32,000 bases of DNA. Origin: an uncultured archaeon. Lineage in GTDB: Archaea > Iainarchaeota > Iainarchaeia > Iainarchaeales > Iainarchaeaceae. This document shows, piece after piece, positions 31,992 through 32,000 of this stretch (position 1 is the stretch's first letter; every line of letters begins with the position of its first letter). The position numbers and the translations under genes are program-made. Below the pieces are notes generated by a model. That model had not been told where the DNA came from. It ran no database searches and saw only the letters and a program-made list of their open reading frames with translations. Location: positions 55,300 through 87,299 of the forward strand of contig CAZNZM010000004.1 in NCBI GenBank assembly GCA_964577555.1. Direction: 5' to 3'.

Positions 31992-32000
31992 ATGAACGAT
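31992..32000 (+). CDS. Probable 5' end of a further gene (truncated by the window edge)
   Basis: ATG 31992 is preceded by AGGTG at 31978-31982. Only 3 codons are visible, so no function can be assigned. Confidence 0.25.

Overview
This looks like an AT-rich archaeal chromosome fragment, most likely from a small-genome DPANN-type lineage. The window carries archaeal/eukaryote-type markers: aEF-1beta, eS17, RpoK, Pelota, ABCE1, Elp3, Taw3, a class I CCA-adding enzyme, Rad50 and NurA. I call about 40 protein genes and one tRNA-Arg(TCG). There are two clusters of class III signal-peptide (type IV pilin-like) genes, nine genes in total. One cluster contains an A24 prepilin peptidase. A FlaI/PilB-type ATPase lies about 11 kb away with no platform gene in view. 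Other content is translation and ribosome rescue (ABCE1 divergent from Pelota; Zn-ribbon plus EF-1beta; S17e; RpoK), tRNA/RNA modification and repair (Elp3, Taw3, LigT, CCA), LemA-HtpX, GpmA, a JAMM protease, DedA, an AsnB-like enzyme and a DUF4139 protein. Three non-genic signals stand out. (1) From 1 to about 30,050 the + strand is A- and C-rich whichever strand a gene is on, so protein composition depends on gene orientation. (2) This asymmetry stops abruptly near 30,050. (3) Eight long poly-A-dominated intergenic islands carry at least 18 same-strand copies of a TTGGCTCAC-AAAA type motif, including a roughly 470 bp degenerate tandem array. A 494-aa Cys/Phe-rich protein (27799-29283) shows a weak, ordered resemblance to the N-terminal, exonuclease and motif A part of family B DNA polymerases, but ends before motifs B and C. 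I saw no CRISPR array, transposase or integrase. All calls come from reading the sequence and from recalled family motifs; no database search was run.
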